From Ginglymostoma cirratum (Eukaryota): DNA of 62,504 bases. Position numbers and translations under genes: made by a program. The stretch is from NCBI GenBank assembly GCA_024137785.1, contig JAHRHZ010000065.1:19765350-19827853 (forward strand), in the 5' to 3' direction. This document shows positions 50,557-62,504 of the stretch, one piece after another. How positions within the stretch are numbered: the stretch's first letter is position 1; every line of letters starts with the position of its first letter. The notes under the pieces are model-generated. The model made no database searches. It was given only the letters and a program-made list of their open reading frames with translations, and had not been told where the DNA came from.

Positions 50557-53045
50557 GTGCCACCGTTGACAATTAGTGAGGAATATAATTTGTACATTTT
50601 CTAAGTAATGCATAAATCAACCCCACAAGTGAATTATTTCACAAAAATGGGTCAAGTAGGGAGGTGAGAGTTGCTCAAGGACTCATTTGCCCAAGTGTGA
50701 CATCAAAGAGTCCAAGCAAAGTTGGAGTCAATAGGTATCAGAGGGACAATTCTTTGCTGGTTGGAATCAGACCTGGCACAAAGTAGGATGATTGTGGTTG
50801 TTGGAGGTCAGTCACCTCAGTTTCAGGCAGAAGTTAGTGTCCTGGGCCCAATCACAGTCAGCTGCTTCATCAGTGACCTTTCCTCCATCATAATGTTAGA
50901 AGTGGGATGTTCACCAATGATAAAGCATTGCATATCCAAATACTAGAGTGTTGCTGCTGGAGGTCATGCTTATGCTGCAGGGAAGCGTGGTACCCCAATT
51001 TTGAGTTGTAATCAACGGATGGGTAACACCTGAACAATATCCAGGCCTGGGTCAGAATCATGGAACTTTCTCCCTCATGACAATGTGGGTGTACTAACAG
51101 CAAATGGACTTCAGTGGATCACAAAGGAAGCTTACCACCAACTTCTCAAGGACAAATAGGGCTGGGCCCGAGCCAGCGATGCCCACTTCAATGTGTGAAT
51201 TAAGAAAAGACCTCCCTGGGTTTCCTGTGTGTAGCAAAATTCTGTGTTGATTCTATGACCTATAGAGATATGTTTTTCTATTTTTTGTTATGTTGTATTG
51301 GAGTTGAATTGTGCAGTTCGGGTGGCAGAAAAGGGGTAAGTTAGGCAAGAAACCACAGCAATTGCTACATCAAACAATAGATGATGATATCAACAGTAAC
51401 AGCCATCTGAAGGCAATGCTCAGAAACTTTTTCAAACTAAATACACCATAAAGCATCCAAATTAATGGTATATTATTGGTAATAGTATTTTACCTTTAGC
51501 ATTGTATAAAAGGCTTACTCTGAATAACCAGTCCATTCAGAGTAATAATGAATTAAAAGACATTTCTTTACATGTGCAGCAAAGGTATATTCAAAAGTGA
51601 GAAATTTACCTGACAAATTCATGTGTGAAACAAATTCTAAACATTTGTCATGAGGAGAAAGTTATTAAAGGAGTGAATAATTAAAGAGCATTTCTCTGAA
51701 CAAAGTGTCACTAAATTATCGTGTTAGTTAAAGACAAATCAAAATATTTCGAATATCAGAAGGGAATTCTGAAAAGGTTTTAATTCGGTTCAGATTATAG
51801 AAGTTTTGTACTTTTGAATTATTTGACCTTTGGAAATGTCAGAGTTCTTTTATGCCTGTAAAATTGTACAGTAACGATTGACTAGAATTATGCAATTGTT
51901 AGTGCTGTAAGGAACACTTTAAAGTAAAGGGTAAAAACATAAGTGAGTGACACATTAAATATTGTTCATTGCGATTCATAAAGCTAACCTGAGATTGTAA
52001 GACTTCGGGAGAATCTGTGTTCAGCAAAACTTAGCAATTATTTTATATGGATATTTGTGGGAAACTACCTACCACCATTCAACCAGTTAATGTATAATTT
52101 TGATACATTGTATGAACATAAATTTGATATGCAGTTCTATTTAGGACTGAAAGCTACTTAAATTCAACATTTATAGTCTAGGACAGACTGTTTTGAGAGC
52201 CTTTACTGTTGACGTCAATCCATTTCCTTTTATCTCTATATCTTCAGCATAGCTGTCACTCTCTCACCATAAATAAGGCTCCGCTGAACCTGATGATCAC
52301 TTGTTCAATTGAAAGTCACGGATGATTTGTGAAAAATTTTATCTGTGCGCCTTTTTTTTGAACCAAAGACAACACATAAACTGTGGTTAAATGGCAGCAT
52401 TTTATTAAGGATCTTAAAACTAGCAGCACTAAATATTTAAAATAATTGCACGACAAAATGTGACTGAGTGAAGAAAAGTAGGATAAATGAAGCAGAATTA
52501 TGTAATATTAAACATTATTATGATTACATTATGGTATTTCTAGCCTGGGTTGTAAATATTGTTAATTATGGGTCATTAACTCTGAATCTTGCATTGCGTT
52601 AATATGAAATTTTCTAAATGATTGCTCTAGAATATCAAATCTAAATTCAAAGTAACAATTAGTAGCTGTCATAATAATCGCTCTTGTATATTTTGTTAGC
52701 ATGAATATTAAAGGACCTAATAATTATTAATTGTTGCCTGTTAGTTAAAGCATTATCTTTGTTCAATGAATAACAAGAAGGGCATCTTGATAGCCACAGA
52801 AAAGTTTACATGTACTACATGCAATTTCCTGAAGCCATCTCTTGATTAATGCCGTAATGCATTTTTAGGACACTGGTCAAAAGTCCAAAGTTTGTTTGGT
52901 ATTTAAACAATAAGTGCAATTTATAGTGTACAACACTGAATAGCGTGATGTGAAATACACTGCCCTAAGATGGATCAGTAAATGATTGGCATGTATTATT
53001 CACTGTATGGTGCCATAGCAATATTCTGGAGTGTGACATTTATCT

Positions 53046-53407
53046 TAGAATCACAGAATCCCTACAGTGCTGAAAGAGGCCATTTGGCCCATGAAAAGTG
53101 CACTGACCCTCCAAAGAGCATCCCATATAGACCCAGCCTCCTACCCTATCCACATAGCCCTGCATTTATCATGACTAAACTACTTAACCCCTGCATCACT
53201 GGACTCTATGGACAATTTAGCATTGCCAGTCTACTAACCGGTACATCTTTGGAGTCTGGGAGGAAACTAGAGCACCCAGCAGAGAATCATGCAGACATTT
53301 GAGGAGCATGCAGGCTCCACACAGACAGTCACCCAGGGCTGGATTTGAACATGGGTTACCTGGTGTTGGGAGGCAGCAGTGCTAACCACTGAGCCACTGT
53401 GCCATCC
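53046..53407 (-). mobile_element. tRNA-derived V-SINE (HE1-like)
   Basis: Antisense full-length copy. Confidence 0.82.
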
Positions 53408-53799
53408 TGGTTGGGGAGGGGTGGGGGATGGGGTGGTGGGGAGTGGAAGAGCATCTTCTGATGCTCATAGTTAAAGTTCTCGATAGCTGCGACAGTTGGT
53501 TCTTTAGCTGTATGAACTTAGTACAGCAACATCATAACAGGGCAAGCCTCTGCTGATAACTTAGCCCCTTTTCCCTTGGATCTTAGGTGATTGAGGCTGA
53601 ATAGCTTTCCATCGATTCTGGCACACCAGACATCCTCTACAGATAATTTCAAAACATATGACGGCAGCAAATTGAAGAATAGTCCAAAGTGTCAGTGCCA
53701 GAGCATAGCTGTATTTGACCCCAATGTGGATTTCAAAGTGTAACATTACTTCTCCATCATAGAGAAGTTATTCATGGCTTTTAACTCGTATTGAAACTA

Positions 53800-54608
53800 G
53801 TTAAATCAGGATCTTGATCAGCTGGGCCAACAGGCTGAGGAATGGCAGGTGGAGTTTAATTTAGCTAAATGTAATGTGTTGCATTTTGGTAAGACAAAGC
53901 AGAGCAGAACTCACATGGTTAATGGTAGGGCACTGGGGAGTGTTGTCAAACAGAGATACCTAGGGGTTCTGGTACGTCGTTCCTTGAAAGTGGTGTTACA
54001 GGTAGATAGCATGGTGAAGAAGGATTTGGCACACTTGCTTTCATTGGTCAGAATATTGAACATAGGACTTGGGACATCATGTTGCGGTTGTACAGGACAT
54101 TGGTGAGGCCACTTTTGGAGAACTGCATATAGCTCTGGTTGCCTTGCTATAGGAAGGATGTTAATAAATTGGAGAGGGTGCAAAAAAGATTTACAAGGAT
54201 GTTACCAAGACTGGAGGGTTAGAGTTATAAGGGGAGGCTGGATAAGCTGGAATTTTTTTTTTCCCTGGAGCATAGATGGTTGAGGGGGTGACTTTATATA
54301 GGTATATAAAATCATGAAGGGCATAGATAAGGTGAATAGCAAGGATCTTTTCCCTAGGGTAGGGGAGTTAAAAACTAGAAGGCATGGGTTTAAGATAGGA
54401 GGGGAAAGATTTAAAAGGGAACTGCCAGAGGAAGTGGTAGATGTGGGTGCAATTACAATAGTTAAAACATATTTGGACAAGTACATGAATAGGAAATTTT
54501 TAGAGGGTTATTGGCCAAGTTCTGGCAAATGGGACTAGTTTAGTTTGGGAAACCTGGTTGGCATGGATGAGATGGATCAAAGGGACTGTGCGGTATAACT
54601 CTATGATT
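53800..54608 (+). mobile_element. CR1 LINE 3' fragment
   Basis: EFNLAKCNVLHFGK; KGIDKVNSKDLFPRVG; tail actctatgatt. Confidence 0.88.
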
Positions 54609-56197
54609 CACTTGAAGGAGCCCTGAATGGGGTCAAAGTAAATATAGTTTCTTTCCTGAAAAACAAGCGTAGAACAGTTCAATGAATTCACAGTTACCTC
54701 AGCAGAAAAGTTTAGTTTGTACAACTCCCAAACCAGGTGTGTTTGGTTAGAAATCTGCAGGTTATTAAAAGCTGAAAAATATAAGCTCTCAGTTGTGAGA
54801 TCATTCATGTAAGGAGGCATTGCAATTCACAGTAAATAACTGGGAAGAATCAGTTATGTTGAACTAAAAGATTTAAAGATTTGATTTAGAGGTGTAATTC
54901 CTCTGGATTTGCATCACTGATGATGTTGAGGAATAGATAGAACATTTATTTTGCTGGGTGTTTTAAGATTTTCTCTAACTGGACTCTATATTTAGGTAAC
55001 TAATATTTTTTGTCCTTTGTTTAATAAACTTTTGTTCTATTGTTAAAGAAGGATTCTGCCTCTATGTCCTAACTTGCACCAAGCCCATTCACTGATTACC
55101 CCTCCGTTTGCTGTCAAACATCATTGGCTGCTCATTTTTTAATGAGACTTCATCCATGGTGCTCTCTCTCTCTCTACCTCTGTCATCTCCTCAAACTCCA
55201 CAACTCAGAAGATAACTGCTTTTCCAGTTCTGGCCTCTTGCACATTCTTTATTTCAGTTGCCTCATCATTGACGGCTGTGCCTTCAGCTGCCAAGTCTCT
55301 AAATTTTGGTGTTTCCTCTTGAAATCTCTTTGTCTCTCTCTTTCTGTTCTGTCCTATAAAACACTCTCTGAAATCTACCTCTTTGTCCAATCTTATGGTC
55401 ATCTGCCCAAATATTGCTTTGTGTCTCAGTGTGAAATTTTGCGTGCAAGAATACTTGCAAGTACAGTTGAAAGTTTTGACTTCAGACTTGCTGCACTTTG
55501 TAATAATTTTCTAGACATCGAAATATTTAGAATAGAAAAGGAAACATATTTAGAAGATACCAGGTAGTCAAAGGTAAAGGAAAATCAATGAGGAGTGAGT
55601 TCTATTCAGAGTACTTGCTCACTTTACATTGAAAAAACCATGTGCTCATGAAATATTTGCCTATCTTTTATTAAATGTTTACCTCCTTGGAGCCATTTGA
55701 TGGAATTTGCATTTCTTCCAAGCTTTTGTTGGTTCAGGCAGTGATGAATACAAGAAAACCATTCCCCCACTCTGCTTAGTGGGTGTTCTTAAGCAATGTG
55801 TTTCTCTAATTGAATAGTTTATGATTTGTTTTCCTGTTTTCTTTGATTAAGCTCCTGAGTCACATGTTTGGACAGTAGCCATAGCTAACCCATAGAGCAG
55901 AGCTTTCATCCTCCCTTGGTTGCCTCATCAATGGGAGAGCATTACTTCTTTTATGGGATATTCATATTGTTTCGACTGGTGATTTACCTTCAAATTAGCA
56001 TAGTTCATTAAGATAAGGCTCATTAAGAAAGGTTTCCTCTCTGATTTTCGCTCTGTCAGGAGTGCACATTCATTCACTAAGAATGGCGTAGATTCTCATC
56101 ACAATAGTGACATTATTTTTCTCATGGTGCAATTTCAGTGACACTGCCACCTACCTGGTACTCTGTGTATTTTTCACTAGTAGCAACAATTACTGCA

Positions 56198-57082
56198 TTG
56201 AGTTGGGAGGTCATGTTGTACAGAACATTGGCTAGGCCACTTTTGGAATACTGCTTTCAATTCTGGCCTTCCTGCTAAAGGAAAGATGTTGTTAAACTTG
56301 AAAGAGTTTAGATAAGATTTACAAGGATGTTGCTGGGTTTGGAGGGTTCGAGCCAGAGGGAAAGGCTGAATAGGCTGGGGGGGAGCTATTTTCCCTGGAG
56401 CGTTGGATGCTGAGGGGTGACCTTATCGAAGTTTATAAAATCATGAGGGGCATGGATAGAATGAATAGCCAAGGGTTTTTCCTCAGGGTAGCAGAGTCGA
56501 AAGCTAGAGGGCATAGGTTTAAGATCAGAGGGAAAAGATTTAAAAGGGACCTCAGGGGCAACTTTTTCATGCAAAGGGTGGTTCACAAATGGAATAGGTT
56601 GCCAGAAGAAGTGGTGGAGGCTGGTACAATTACAACATTTAAAAGCTTATGGATGGATACATGAATAGGAAGGTTTAGCGAGATATGGGCCAAATGCTGG
56701 CAAATGGGACTAGATTGAACAAATGAAAAAGTACAGCACAGGAACAGGCCCTTCGGCCCTCCAAGCCTGTGCCGACCATCATGCCCTAATTAATCTAAAA
56801 AAACCCCTGCCATTTCTTGATCAGTATCCCTCTATTCCTTCCCTATTCATGTACCCATCTAGGTGCCTTTTAAATGTCTTCAATGTGCCCACTTCCACTA
56901 CCCCTTCTAGTAGTGCATCCCAGGCTGCTACCCCTCTCTGTGTGGAAAATTCGCTTGCACATCTCCCTTAAACTTTCCTCCTCTGACCTTGAACCTGTGC
57001 CCCCTTGTAATTGAGGATATCTGGTCAGCGTTGACCAGTTGAAACAAAGGGCCTGTTCCTGTCCTGGTCAACTCTATGACCC
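56198..57082 (+). mobile_element. CR1 3' fragment containing a nested antisense CR1 tail (about 56720-57010)
   Basis: LRGDLIEVYKIMRG..RGNFFMQRVV; the inner segment reads RGHRFKVRGGKFKGDV on the minus strand. Confidence 0.82.
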
Positions 57083-57519
57083 TGTGACTACATGGATGTG
57101 TAATTTGGGCCAGAAATACAGTCACAACCAATGATAAAAATAAGCCGAGAATCCCAGTTGAAGTAGCTAAATCGAGCTAAATAGAGACTGGGTTATATCA
57201 GTGGATTATTTCTTATATTCTGGAAACCTTCTCTGAAATGCTATTTGATACTTGAGTCCTACCAAAAAGGACAGGGCCCAGCCATGCCATAAACTTGACA
57301 AGTCATTCAAAACAACATCAGAATGAAATTGATCTCCAGCTGGTGGAGTTGAAATTTCCCCTCCATGGAAATGACAAGGTAGATTGCAGGAAGTAAAGGG
57401 AGATACCACCCCGTTCCCACCAAATCAGCAATTAAATTTTGGGCAATGAGGTCCATAGCCTATCTTTTTTTTCTGCTGCCAGTCCAGGCCTTTAAGTGGT
57501 CAATTTAAAAGCAAACATA

Positions 57520-58030
57520 AACACAGAACATAGGAACGGGGTAGGCCTTTGAGCTTGGTTTGTCATTCATAATGATCATGACTGATCATCCAACTCAATA
57601 CTGTGTTCCTGCTTCCCCCCCCGCCATGTCCTTTGATCCCTCGAGCTGTAAGAACTATATTTAACTTTTGTTGAAAACATTCAATCTTTTGGCCTCAACA
57701 CTTTATGTGGTAGAAAATTGCACGGGTTCACCACTTCGAGGGTGAAGAAATTTCTCCTCATCTCGGTACTAAATGGTCTACTTCACATCCTTAAACTGTG
57801 ACTCCTTGTTCTGGATTCCCCAGTCGCCGAGAACATCTTTCCAAAGTTTCCCTCACCGGTCCTGTTTAGAATTTTATAGGTTTCCTAAAAATCCCCCTCA
57901 TTATTCTAAGCCTGATAAGTACAGTCCTAACTGATTCAGTCACTCTTCATACATCAGTCCTGCTGTCCCAGGAATCTGTCTGGTGAACCTTTGTTGCGCC
58001 TACTCCAGATTCAGAACATTCTTCCTAAGG
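57520..58030 (-). mobile_element. CR1 LINE 3' fragment
   Basis: Antisense CR1 tail, similar to 33222-33490. Confidence 0.75.
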
Positions 58031-60318
58031 AGTAGGCCTTTGTCCTGTTTCAGTTTTATCTCAGTGGGAAAGACATGTAACAGCCTTTCCAACTGCTACA
58101 ATGGGGTAGTCTCCCTGCAGGTTGTTAGGGGAATGGAGGGGAGGGGAGCGTTGATTTGCCCCAATTTTGGGACATTCGGGTGCATAGGTGGGTCTTTGAG
58201 CAGTCCCTTACGTCAGTTCCGATTCAGCTGAGTTCTCACTTAGTATGGCACCCACCCTGCGATCACTCTGCGGAATAATGGCTGATTTTCCCATTACTCC
58301 TCACCTTTGGTGCTGCTATGGAGCCAAGACCCTGGCCCTCTAAAGTGACACTGAATGTCAAATTGGCTGCCAGCCTCTGGCCTTGAGTTGGGGGAGAGGG
58401 AAACACCACTTTTCCAGGACCTGATTGGCTAAGAGGCCTGTCTGATTGACACTTGATCCAGAGAGAGCTTTCTCATTGGTTGGGGCAGAGGTCAGTTACC
58501 CCTGAACCCATCCTGCCCTTACACTTGGTGCTTTAGCAAAACTGGACTGGGCTATAAAATTGATGTTAGTCACTTTTTAAGACTACTTCAGCAACACTTT
58601 CAGATTGTAATACTCTTTTTTTCTTACCTGAAAGTTTCTTCCTTCCCTCCAGGTTTCTGAAGATGCTAATTTCTCAAAAGGGCACAGTCCCAAAAGTGGC
58701 AACTGTCACTGTTATTTCACCCAATGTCGATGCCTGTGAAGGCTTTGCTAATTTTGTTCACAGTGTCTTGCAATGATTTAAAAAAAAGTACTATTTTATA
58801 TAATGCTCATTCCACAGAAGTTTCAAACCTTATTTTGAAAAAGCGAAATACTGGCTGCCTAGCAACCACAAAAAGAATCACATGACATTGAGTTTCGCAG
58901 TCTGACGCCACATTGTAACGTCTAAATATTCTTAGCATGCACAATCAGATGTGGAAATTGTTATTAATTCTTGCTGTGACCTTTACGATCTTCTTCAAGC
59001 TGCACTATCTATTTAAAATAAAGGGGCTCAATTGTCATAAAAGCACAACGTAATTTTCATGAGGGTGCCACTCTCAGAATCTTGCTAGCTGTAAATACAA
59101 AACCTTTGCATGAAAAGTTGTTCTAATTTAATCATGCAATACAGCAAAAAACGCTGCCACACCCAACGACAGGAATTAATGTACAAAAACACCCAAGCAT
59201 CCATTTCATGTGGATACACCAGGCAATGAAGAAAGGAGCTAATATTCATTAATTGTTGCACATTTAGCATCAATATATCTGACATGACCAGAAACTGACC
59301 CAGTGCTTTGGGTGCATGTTTGGCCAGCAAATATTTTGTTTGTATTTAACATTGATATCTCTCTGGTAGCCAGCACATCCTGTAAAAGAGGGGATATTTA
59401 AAAAAGAGAAAAAACAGTGCTTTGCTCAGCCTTAAGGATTTTCAGACTTTCCTGCTGCTTTATGTTCTAATCATTTCTCTGCAGCATTTCAGAAGTTGTG
59501 ATAACGATATTCTTTGAACTTAATCTCTTCCAGCTCCCCACAGAATGTACTGATAACTCAGCTTCTGTAACTATGTTTTTTTTAAATTCATTCACGGAAT
59601 GTGGGCATCACTGGCTAGACCAGCATTTATGCCCATCCCTAATTGCTCTGAGGGCAGTCAGAAGTCACCCAGATTGCTGTGGGTCTGCAGTCACAGGTAG
59701 GCCTTTCCTAAAGGACATCAGTGAACCAGATGGGTTTTTTTTCAATAATGGTTTCAAAGTCATCGTTAGACTGTTAATTCTAGATTTTTTTTATTGAATT
59801 CAAATTCCAGCACCTGCGATTATAGGGTTTGAACATGGGATTCCACAACATTACCTGGGTCTGTGGATTCGTAGTCCAGTGATAATATCACGTATTGTTT
59901 GTTGCAATATCTACAATATGGTGAATGTAAATTGTTTCACCATTGAGGCAGGATAGAGTTCCAGTCAGTCATTAGAGCTCCATACGTTCTGGAAGGCCCG
60001 GGGTTTATGATTGTTGTCAGTGAGTGAGTTGAAGCAATGTAATTGTAAGTGAATAGAACAAAGTGAAAGATTTGAGTTTTACATTTTTCAGAACTTTATG
60101 TTGGGTTAGTTGGATGACATGTAAAGCAGACAGACAATACACAGTCGCAGTCAAACTGATAAAGAGGCACTGCAGCTAATATCTGTTGCTCAGTAATGCC
60201 AGTTGCATAGGAAGCTGTGGACCAGTATTACATTTTATGAAATTAAAACCGAAATTGCTGGCAAAACTCAGCAGGTCTGGCAGCATCTGTGGGAAGAAAA
60301 CAGAGTTAATGTTTCGAT

Positions 60319-60514
60319 ATTAAAACAGGTCAATCCGATTCCCGGAGCAAGGCTTGAACTCACAACCTCATGATTCACAAACCAGAATACTACCACAGTT
60401 GACATTTTCGGTTTCAACATTAAAACAGGTCAATCCGATTCCTGGAGCAAGGTTTGAACTCACAACCTCATGATTCACAAACCAGAATACTACCACAGTT
60501 GACATTTTTGGTTT
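60319..60514 (+). repeat. Tandem duplication, 2 x about 100 bp
   Basis: attaaaacaggtcaatccgattc...gacatttt.ggtttc repeated, with 3 substitutions by eye. Confidence 0.92.
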
Positions 60515-60546
60515 CTGATGAAGGGTTTAGGCCCGAAACGTCAAGT
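60511..60546 (+). ncRNA. Minimal type-I hammerhead ribozyme motif, intact core (family A)
   Basis: gttt-CTGATGA-a-gggt ttag gccc-GAAAC-GTC-aagt: conserved core, stem II, ACGT palindromic stem III, short stem I. Confidence 0.7.
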
Positions 60547-61944
60547 TTTCCTGCTGCTATGATGCTGCTTGACCTGCTGTGTTCATCCAGCCCCATGCTT
60601 GTTATCTCGGATTCTCCAGCATCTGCAGTACCTTTTATCTCTTAATGTTTCGATAGCAGCTAGGTAAAGCTGATATTTATGCTGAAGATGAGGTTTGGGG
60701 GTTGAAGGCTGGAGGAGGACCGAGAGGTGAGAGGATAAGTGGAGATGGAACTCAGAAAATGAGAGAGGTATATAAGGGACAGGCATTGGTAAACAAGGGA
60801 ATTATTTATAATAGGCCAAGACAGAAGAGAAGCTGAGTAAGTGATAATGAGAGCTGAGGATAGCAGAGAATGGGTAGTCTGTGTTGAAAGCCAAACATGT
60901 ATTGTGATAACAGGCCTGAGAGCAGTTGCAAATGGATTGGCTGTGCTAAAAGCAAGCCATGTCATAATGGGACTGGAGGTGAGGTGGGTAAAAATCATGG
61001 AAGGATGGAATCAGGATCTAAAGTTATTGAACTCAACGTTGAATGACAGTGGCTGCAGGTCCTCAAGCGGAAAAATGAGGTGCTGTTCTTTGAGCTGGCA
61101 CCGAAACTCGTTGGAACACAGGGCACACTGCTCCTCTCCTCCTCCATTCCCAACTCCCCCTCACACCCCCTCACAGCCCCATGGCTTCTTACTATGCATT
61201 TGCAAAATGTGTAATACCTGTCTGTTTATCTCCTCCCTTCTCACTATCTAAGGCCCTAGACACGCATCCCAGATGAAGCAGCAATTTGCCTACACTTTCC
61301 TCAATCCCTCCTTTATTCACTGCTTACATTGTGGTCACCTCTGCGTTGGGAGATGAAGTGCAGACTGGGCGACCACTTTGTAAAATACCTACATCCTGTG
61401 TGCAAAAAAATGACTTTGAGCTTCCAGTTGCCTACCACTTCAACACGCCGTCATGTTCCCATGCTAATATTTCTGCCGCAGGCCTGCTGCAGTGTTTCAA
61501 CTAGCCTCAGTGCAAGCTCGAAGAACGGCATCTCCTTTTCTACTTGGGGACCCTACAGCCTCTGGGACTTAACATGGATAGCAATAATTTTAGAGTCTGA
61601 TTCCATCCGTCCATGTTTTTCACCCACACCATCCCAGTCTTGTTATGACATGAGTTGCTTTTAGCATAGCCAACCCACTTTCATCCAGTCTCCGGCCTGT
61701 CATCTCATTACATGGTTTGCTTTCAGCACAGACTACCCATTCTCTGCCACCCACTGCTCTCGTTATCACTTAGTCAGTTTCTCTTCTATTCTAGCCTGCC
61801 ATATATAATCCCCTGGTCTACCTATCCCTCTCAATCTCTCTGGGGCTCCATCTCTACCTATCTGCTCATTCCCATCCCTACAGCACAACCACCGTCACCA
61901 CCTCCTGTTCAACATAAATACCAGCTTTTCCTGGCTGCTGGTTT

Positions 61945-61980
61945 GTTCTGATGATGAGTAACTGGTCTCGAAACATTAAC
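61945..61980 (+). ncRNA. Minimal hammerhead motif, decayed (family B)
   Basis: gtt-CTGATGA-t-gag..ctc-GAAAC-ATT-aac. Confidence 0.45.
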
Positions 61981-62159
61981 TCTGCTTTCTTCCCACAGAC
62001 ATTCCCAAACCTGCTGAGTTTCGCTAGCAATTTCTATTTTTATTTCAGATCTACAGCACACACAGTTCTTTGTTTTATTTTACTACGTTTTCAGAATCAA
62101 CCAGCATGAAAAGCAAAGCAGGAACTGTGCAGAATGTGAGTGCTTTGGTGTGAGTATTT

Positions 62160-62480
62160 CTAGAATTGTGGAAAAGCTCAGCATTTCTGGCAGCATCTGT
62201 GGAGAGAAATCATAGTTAATGTTTTGCAATGGGACACTGAGGAAGGGTCATCGACCCAAAATGTTAACTCTGATTTCTCTTCACAGATGCTGCCAGACCT
62301 GCTGAGATTTTCCAGCAATTTCTATTTTTGTCTGCAGAGTTTGTTGCTCATAAGGCCTCAAAATGACAATGAAAGCAGAATGTGAGATAACAAGGTGTAG
62401 AGCTGGATGAACACAGCAGGCCAAGCAGCATCAGAGGAGCAGGAAGGCTGATGTTTTGGGCCTAGACCCTTCTTCAGAAA
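62160..62480. repeat. Fold-back family B insertion (62160-62332) plus antisense family A end (62384-62480)
   Basis: Inverted arms; both hammerhead cores have GAAA mutated to AAAA. Confidence 0.75.
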
Positions 62481-62504
62481 GCTTCTCTCAGTCAACTGGG
62501 ATTG

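Larger units (their letters stand above)
60240..62085. mobile_element. Penelope-like family B: antisense 3' fragment (60240-61125) abutting a sense 3' fragment (61126-62085)
   Basis: The sense part has degenerate GIY-YIG KCRLGDHFVKYL..PVAYHFN; both parts end in the gaaacattaactctg..cacaga pseudo-LTR. Confidence 0.78.

Noticed and set aside
60319-60514. CRISPR-like repeat
   Set aside because: Only two adjacent ~100-bp units, no spacers, no cas genes, vertebrate context.
62440-62480. Functional hammerhead (also 5764-5798, 11001-11030, 33586-33615, 62237-62270)
   Set aside because: Core positions are mutated (GAAA to AAAA, or CUGANGA altered), so these are counted as dead copies.

Overview
Vertebrate genomic DNA, most likely a shark or other cartilaginous fish (inferred from HE1/V-SINEs, DeuSINE-like elements, CR1/L2 LINEs and Penelope-like elements). 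It is not prokaryotic. The only host gene I can support is the 5' part of slc6a11 (GABA transporter GAT-3) on the + strand. It has a CpG-rich promoter at about 22.2-23.1 kb, a probable non-coding first exon, and five phase-consistent coding exons (23369-23588, 23879-24013, 24104-24244, 24382-24472, 45886-46018; 240 codons). I did not find exon 6 in the window. The rest is mostly decayed transposons: CR1, L2, RTE, SINEs, Harbinger-like remnants, a near full-length Ty3/Gypsy element (40820-45071, CTAAG TSD) and a related solo LTR. The most striking non-annotated structure is a dense set of Penelope-like element (PLE) ends from three families. Each family carries a minimal type-I hammerhead ribozyme core (CUGANGA-A-stem II-GAAA-palindrome-UH). 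Many copies are short fold-back insertions with target-site duplications, and several lie in sense orientation in slc6a11 introns. PLE hammerheads are a known class, so novelty is limited to these particular copies and arrangements. Repeat family names come from motif recognition by eye, not database searches, and repeat boundaries are approximate unless a TSD is given. There is a 400-N gap at 17667-18066.
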